NCBI GenBank assembly: GCA_041484665.1
Contig: JBGPIA010000013.1
Location: 1 to 64,000, forward strand
Direction: 5' to 3'
DNA from: Candidatus Krumholzibacteriia bacterium
GTDB taxonomy: Bacteria; Krumholzibacteriota; Krumholzibacteriia; JAJRXK01
Length of the DNA stretch: 64,000 nt
Positions 59,204 to 64,000 of this stretch are shown here, piece by piece (position 1 is the stretch's first letter; each line of letters starts with the position of its first letter). The position numbers and the translations under genes are program-made. The notes below the pieces were generated by a model. The model had not been told where the DNA came from, did not search any database, and was given only the letters and a program-made list of their open reading frames with translations.

Positions 59204-59707
59204 TCAAGAGAGTCCCCGACGACCGTTCGCCTGGGCGCCGGCCCGCCGCGCTGGTGCTCTCGCCCGCGCCCAGAGCCCACCGGCGTATGCCGCGAAGTTG
59301 ACGAGCGCGAAACCCAGCAGCACCCACCGGACGCCGTTCACTGGGAACGGCCGGACGATCTGATAGCCGACGTTGACGAACCAGAAAATGGCCATGCCCT
59401 TGGGCACCAGGCCGTCGCCCGCGGCGTTTGCGACGCCTCCGATGGCTGCACCGCCCGGGTCGCTCCCGGTGCCGGGGTCGCTCGCGAGGCGGCGCGCCAC
59501 GAGAATTGTCGCCACGCCGCCGAGCAGCATCAGCGTGCTGAGAAACACATTTATCGAGACCACACCCCAGCGGATGGGGGCGGGAATCGTGGTGATGAAG
59601 CGTTCCCAGTGGAAGATCGTAGGCAGTGCGAAATGGAATGCGCCCATCGCTGCACTGGCGAAGCCCGCGACGAGCAGCAAGGGTCTTGCTACGGCATCCC
59701 GCTGCAT
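59204..59707 (-). CDS. Hypothetical membrane protein
   Basis: Four hydrophobic segments, GGAGG RBS and HFALPTIFHW. Confidence 0.6.
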   Translation of the reverse strand: MQRDAVARPLLLVAGFASAAMGAFHFALPTIFHWERFITTIPAPIRWGVVSINVFLSTLMLLGGVATILVARRLASDPGTGSDPGGAAIGGVANAAGDGLVPKGMAIFWFVNVGYQIVRPFPVNGVRWVLLGFALVNFAAYAGGLWARARAPARRAGAQANGRRGLS

Positions 59708-59784
59708 GAGACCTCCGTGGAGAGCGCGGCTGCGGGCCCAGGGTATGGCGCGGACCCAGCGCTTCGGCTTGCCCGTGTGCAGTC

Positions 59785-60402
59785 TCAGCGCGGCGCGCTC
59801 TCCAGGTACCGCCGGACCTCGATGACTTTGCCGAGGATCGTGCAGCTCTCGGGGACGATTGTGTCGTACGCGGCATTGGCCGGCTGGAGGTGGACCTTGC
59901 CGCGCCGCACGCGCAAAGTCTTGACCGTGGCCTCGTCGCCCACCAACGCAACGACGATGTCGCCGGACCGGGCGGCGCGCTGCGCGCGCACGATCACGAT
60001 GTCGCCCGGCAGGATCCCCACTCCGGTCATGCTCTCGCCACGCACGCGCAGCCCGAACACCTCGTCGTCGCTTGCACGGGTCTGGACCGGGACGTAGCCC
60101 TCCAGATCCTCGACGGCTGCCGACAGCCCGCCGGCCTGAACGCGGCCCAGCACCGGAACCAGGCGCGTCCCGCGTGGCTGGAACGGCCCCGGCAGACGGT
60201 AGCCCCGGGACTTGCCCTGTTCCTTGGTGAGGCGACCTTCCTCGACGAGCCGCGTGAGATGGGTCGCGGCGGTCTGCACTGCGCGGAAGCCCATGGCTTT
60301 CTGGACTTCGCGCACGGTGGGCGGGCGGCCCTGCATCAGGCGCTGGTGGATGAAGCGGTAGACCCGATTACGGGTCTCGCCGGGTGGGGTGATAGGTGAC
60401 AC
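59785..60402 (-). CDS. lexA: LexA repressor
   Basis: PPTVREV HTH, VQAG cleavage site, GESM (Ser) and TVK (Lys). Confidence 0.95.
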   Translation of the reverse strand: MSPITPPGETRNRVYRFIHQRLMQGRPPTVREVQKAMGFRAVQTAATHLTRLVEEGRLTKEQGKSRGYRLPGPFQPRGTRLVPVLGRVQAGGLSAAVEDLEGYVPVQTRASDDEVFGLRVRGESMTGVGILPGDIVIVRAQRAARSGDIVVALVGDEATVKTLRVRRGKVHLQPANAAYDTIVPESCTILGKVIEVRRYLESAPR

Positions 60403-60411
60403 GGCGTGGTG

Positions 60412-60440
60412 AAGATAGAGGACGTTTGTCTATGCGGCAA
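60412..60440 (-). promoter_or_regulatory. lexA sigma70 promoter with candidate LexA box
   Basis: TTGCCG-17 nt-TATCTT, with TAGACAAACGTCCT in the spacer. Confidence 0.8.
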
Positions 60441-60649
60441 GTCGTTTCTGTGCTGTGGGAGGCGTACGGGAGGGGTGGTGCGCGGTGGAGGAAGCACGCG
60501 CCGCGCACGCCGCGGGCGCCACGTACGCCGCACGCGCCGCGCGGGCGACACGACGACACCGCGAGGGCGACGCAATAATGTTCCCGGCGGGGCCGTAAGC
60601 ACAAAGTGCATACGGCGCCTGGCTGTCCCGACACGCGCGATCTGGACAG

Positions 60650-60685
60650 GCGAGCTTCGGATATACAATGTATGTCCGAGCTCGC
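60650..60685. repeat. 36-bp imperfect inverted repeat with AT-rich core
   Basis: GCGAGCT-T-CGGATATACA-A-TGTATGTCCG-AGCTCGC. Confidence 0.7.
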
Positions 60686-60893
60686 AGGGGACAATCGTAG
60701 TGGGGCCTTCCATGCGCCCTGCTCGCGCTGCTTGCACTGCTCGCGCCAACCGCGACTCCAGCCGCCCAGAGCGCCCACTGCTCCAGCCGATCCCGCCGTC
60801 CAGCTTGAGGAATCGATCCGGTCGCGCGTACCATTGATGAACCGCCCCCAGCGCGGCACCAGGCTGCGCTGCCCCTCGACGCCCGGAGCGACC

Positions 60894-63800
60894 ATGCCCC
60901 GTCCCCAGTTCAGCATTCAGGCCGCGGAATTCCAGCCGCGCGCGGCCGCCCGGGCTTGGGCGCGGGTGGCAGTCCTCACCGCCGCTCTGAGCTGGGCCCT
61001 CGGCGCCGGGCCTCCCAGCGCTGCCGCCGCCACTACCCGCGCCGCCGACCGCGCCGCCGACCGAGCCACCGGCCGCACCACCGACCGAGCCACCGGCCGC
61101 ACCACCGACCGAGCCACCGGCCGCACCACCGACCGAGCCGCCGACCGCGCCGCCGACCGCGCCGCCGACTACGCCGCCGACCGCGCCACCCGCCGCGTCG
61201 CCGAGTTGACGCAGATCGATGGCCTCCTCGCCCATCACGCCTGGGGCGAGGCCGAGCGGCTCGCCGACACCGCCCGCGCGCGGCTCCTGGCGCAGCCGGC
61301 TCCCGACTCGCTGGCGGTCGCGGCCATGCTCACGCGGCTGGTGCTCGCCCGTGACCCCGGCTGTCGCTGGTGGGTTCCCGGCACGCGCGACCTTGCGCAG
61401 GAAGCGCTGGGGATCCGAGCCCGGCGGCTTCCGCCCGACGACCTGGACGTAGCGGCCAGCCAGCTCGCCCTCGGGCGGATCCTGTCGCGCGAAGCCGATT
61501 TCACCCACGCGCGCCCGCTGATCGAGACGGCGCTGGCATCCCGCGAGAAGGCCCGCGGCCCCGACGCACTCGAACTCGCCGCAGCGCTCGATGCGCTGGG
61601 CACGATACTCCTCGAGCTGGAAGAGACCGACGCGGCGGCCTCCCTGCTGGAGCGGGCGCTGTCGATCCGCGAAAAGGCGCTCGGACCCAACCATCCCGAC
61701 GTCGCGCTCAGCCTCAACTCCAGAGGGAATCTGCTGGTGGCGCAGGGCAAGTACACCGAGGCGCAGCCGGTGTATGCGCGCGCCCTCGCGATCCAGGAAG
61801 CGACGCTGGGAGCCAAGCACCTCGATGTGTCACAGACGCTGGTCAATCTCGTGGTGCTCGGTCGCGACAACGGAGCCTACCAGCAAGCGCGGCCGCAGGC
61901 CGCGCGCGCGCTCGCCATCCAGGAGGCTGCACTTGGACCGGTCAACGCCGAGGTCGGACGCACCCTCGATTACCTCGCGAGCCTCATCTACTTCGCGGGC
62001 GACTATTCTGGGGCGCAGTCGATGTGGGAGCGCTCGCTGCGCGTGCGCGAGCAGACGCTGGGCCAGGACCACCCCGATGTGGCCACCACCCTCACCAACC
62101 TTGCCCTCGTCTCCGAGTCCCAGGGCGACTACGCCGCCGCGCGCACCATGTACGATCGCGCACTGAGGATCTACGAGCAGGCGCTCGGTCCGGAGCATTC
62201 GCTCGTGGCGATCACCCTGAGCAATCGCGGCCACCTCGACAAGATGATGGGTGATTACGACTTCGCCCGCGCCGACTACGAACGCGCGCTGCGCATCAAA
62301 GAGAAAGCGATGGGTCCCGATCATCCCAGCGTCGCTACCAGCTTGGTCCACATTGCGAATCTGCTGCAGAACATCGGCGACTACGCCGGTGCGCGCCCCT
62401 ACTTCGAGCGCGCCCTGGCGATCTACGAGCGCACGCTCCGCGCCGACCATCCCAACCGTGCGAGCGTCCTCAACAGTCTCGCCGTTGGCTACGAGCGCAA
62501 CGGGGACTCGCAGCGGGCGCGTCCCTACTTCCAGCGCGCCCTCGACAGCTACCAGAGGAGCCTTGGCCCGCGGCATCCGTGGGTCTCCAGCATCCAGCTC
62601 AATCTGGGCGATTCGCTGCGCAAGACCGGGGAGTTGGCGCGGGCGGACTCGCTGATTGCGGCCGCGCTCGCGACGCGCCGCGAGATGCTCGGCGAGGACC
62701 ATCCGTTCGTTGCCGAGGCGCTGGGCCGCCGGGCGTTGCTGGAGTGGGCGCGGGGCAACCTCCGGGTGGCTCTGGAATCGAGCCTGGCGGCCGAGCGGAT
62801 CGGCCGCGCGCACCTGCAGCTCACGATCCCCACGCTCCCCGAGCGGCAGGCGCTGCTCTATGCCGCGGTGCGATCGTCGGGGCTCGACCTGGCGCTGTCG
62901 CTGGTGGAGCGCGGGCCGATCGGCAGGCAAGTGAGCCGCCAGCCGGGCGGCGGCCAGGCCGAAGCCGGCCGAAAGGGCGCTCGCGCGCAGGCAGCCCACA
63001 AGCGGGCAGCCCGCAATCAGGCGGCCCGCTCGCTGGACGCGACCACCGGGCGCCGCGTCTGGGACGCGGTGATCGGATCGCGAGCGCTGGTGCTCGACGA
63101 GATGGCCGAGCGCCGCCGTACTGCGCGGGCGGAGGCCGCAGCCGCGGCGGACTCCGAGACGGCCGCGCTGTTCGCCAAGTACGGCGCGGCCACGGAAGCG
63201 CTGGCCAAGCTGATGGTCCAGCAGGTCGGGACGAGCACGGCCGACGAGCTGCGCGCCAAACTCGCCGACGCGCGCGAACGTGCGGAGCAGGCCGAGCGTG
63301 CACTCGCCGAGCACAGCGCCACGTTCCGCAGCCACCAGGCGCGGGCGAATCTGACGTTGTCGGATGTCGCCACGGCGCTGCCGCCGCGTAGCGCGCTCGT
63401 GGGCTACGTGCGTTACCGCCGCGTGGAGCCGGCGCCGCGCAGCGGCGGGCAGGATCACACCGAGCCGGCGTATCTTGCGTTCGCGCTGTCGCAGGGACGG
63501 GCGGCCGGCGGCGGCGCGTCCTCCGCCGCAGCGCTTTCGCAGGTCTCGTGCGTCTCGCTGGGCGATGCGGCACAGGTCGAGGGTTTGGTCACGCGCTGGC
63601 GCGACGAGGTCACGCGCGGGCCGCTCCTTACCGGTCGCAGCCCGGCTGCCGCCGACGCCGCCTGCAGGATTGCGGGCGCCGAGCTGCGCGCGGCCGTGTG
63701 GGATCCCGTGGCGCGCCACCTCGCCGGCGCCGAGCGCGTCTTCGTGGTGCTCGACGGGCAGTTGAACATCGTCAACCTGGCGGCGCTGCCCGGCGCGGAC

Positions 63801-64000
63801 GGCCGTTACTTGGTTGAGACCGGTCCGCTGCTCCACGTGCTCAATGCGGAGCGCGACCTCGTGCCCGAGCAGCCGGGGGCGCCACAGCCGGCAGGCGCGG
63901 GCCTGCTCGCGGTCGGTGGGGCGGCGTTCGATGACGCCGCGGCTACGATCGCTTGGGCAGCGGCGGACGCAGGCACGAGTGCCAGCGCAGGCGCAGGTGA
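60894..64000 (+). CDS. Secreted TPR (kinesin-light-chain type) plus CHAT domain protein, runs off the window (absent from the ORF track)
   Basis: The frame is open from ATG 60894 to the edge. It has a signal-like N-terminus, repeated ERALxIxEKALGPxHPDVAxSL, and the CHAT N-terminal motif AVWDPVARHLAGAERVFVVLDGQLNIVNLAALP...GRYLVE. Confidence 0.88.
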   Translation, partial: MPRPQFSIQAAEFQPRAAARAWARVAVLTAALSWALGAGPPSAAAATTRAADRAADRATGRTTDRATGRTTDRATGRTTDRAADRAADRAADYAADRATRRVAELTQIDGLLAHHAWGEAERLADTARARLLAQPAPDSLAVAAMLTRLVLARDPGCRWWVPGTRDLAQEALGIRARRLPPDDLDVAASQLALGRILSREADFTHARPLIETALASREKARGPDALELAAALDALGTILLELEETDAAASLLERALSIREKALGPNHPDVALSLNSRGNLLVAQGKYTEAQPVYARALAIQEATLGAKHLDVSQTLVNLVVLGRDNGAYQQARPQAARALAIQEAALGPVNAEVGRTLDYLASLIYFAGDYSGAQSMWERSLRVREQTLGQDHPDVATTLTNLALVSESQGDYAAARTMYDRALRIYEQALGPEHSLVAITLSNRGHLDKMMGDYDFARADYERALRIKEKAMGPDHPSVATSLVHIANLLQNIGDYAGARPYFERALAIYERTLRADHPNRASVLNSLAVGYERNGDSQRARPYFQRALDSYQRSLGPRHPWVSSIQLNLGDSLRKTGELARADSLIAAALATRREMLGEDHPFVAEALGRRALLEWARGNLRVALESSLAAERIGRAHLQLTIPTLPERQALLYAAVRSSGLDLALSLVERGPIGRQVSRQPGGGQAEAGRKGARAQAAHKRAARNQAARSLDATTGRRVWDAVIGSRALVLDEMAERRRTARAEAAAAADSETAALFAKYGAATEALAKLMVQQVGTSTADELRAKLADARERAEQAERALAEHSATFRSHQARANLTLSDVATALPPRSALVGYVRYRRVEPAPRSGGQDHTEPAYLAFALSQGRAAGGGASSAAALSQVSCVSLGDAAQVEGLVTRWRDEVTRGPLLTGRSPAAADAACRIAGAELRAAVWDPVARHLAGAERVFVVLDGQLNIVNLAALPGADGRYLVETGPLLHVLNAERDLVPEQPGAPQPAGAGLLAVGGAAFDDAAATIAWAAADAGTSASAGAG

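Overview
This is a very GC-rich bacterial window. C-terminal FlgD-Ig-like domains, TPR-CHAT proteins and Ser/Thr kinase-ECF modules suggest an FCB-group lineage such as Ca. Eisenbacteria (inference only). Region 1-6 kb holds the right end of an IS256-type element inserted in a GT39-like gene, an AAA_14/DUF4143 ATPase and decayed toxin-antitoxin modules. Region 6-40 kb starts with a BlaI/M56-HEAT pair, followed by a long run of mostly + strand, unrelated small genes and gene remnants. These are interspersed with degenerate attC-like hairpins and no integrase, resembling an old cassette array. The run includes an Rdx selenoprotein (CxxU, in-frame UGA plus SECIS-like hairpin) that the ORF track misses, and a secreted tyrosinase-like/vWA/FlgD protein. 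Region 41-64 kb holds a kinase/ECF remnant, an intact kinase-TolB propeller protein and a split SOS mutagenesis cassette (lexA, imuA, imuB; no dnaE2). The three SOS genes each have a sigma70 promoter with the same candidate LexA box (AGAC-N4-GTCY) in the spacer. The region also has a sigma70-family factor, mgsA, and a small secreted-peptide gene coupled to a TPR-type sigma54 activator with a UAS, sigma54 promoter and repeat array upstream (candidate peptide-signalling circuit). A TPR-CHAT gene runs off the right edge. No rRNA, tRNA or convincing CRISPR array was seen. All assignments come from motif recognition by eye; no database searches were run.
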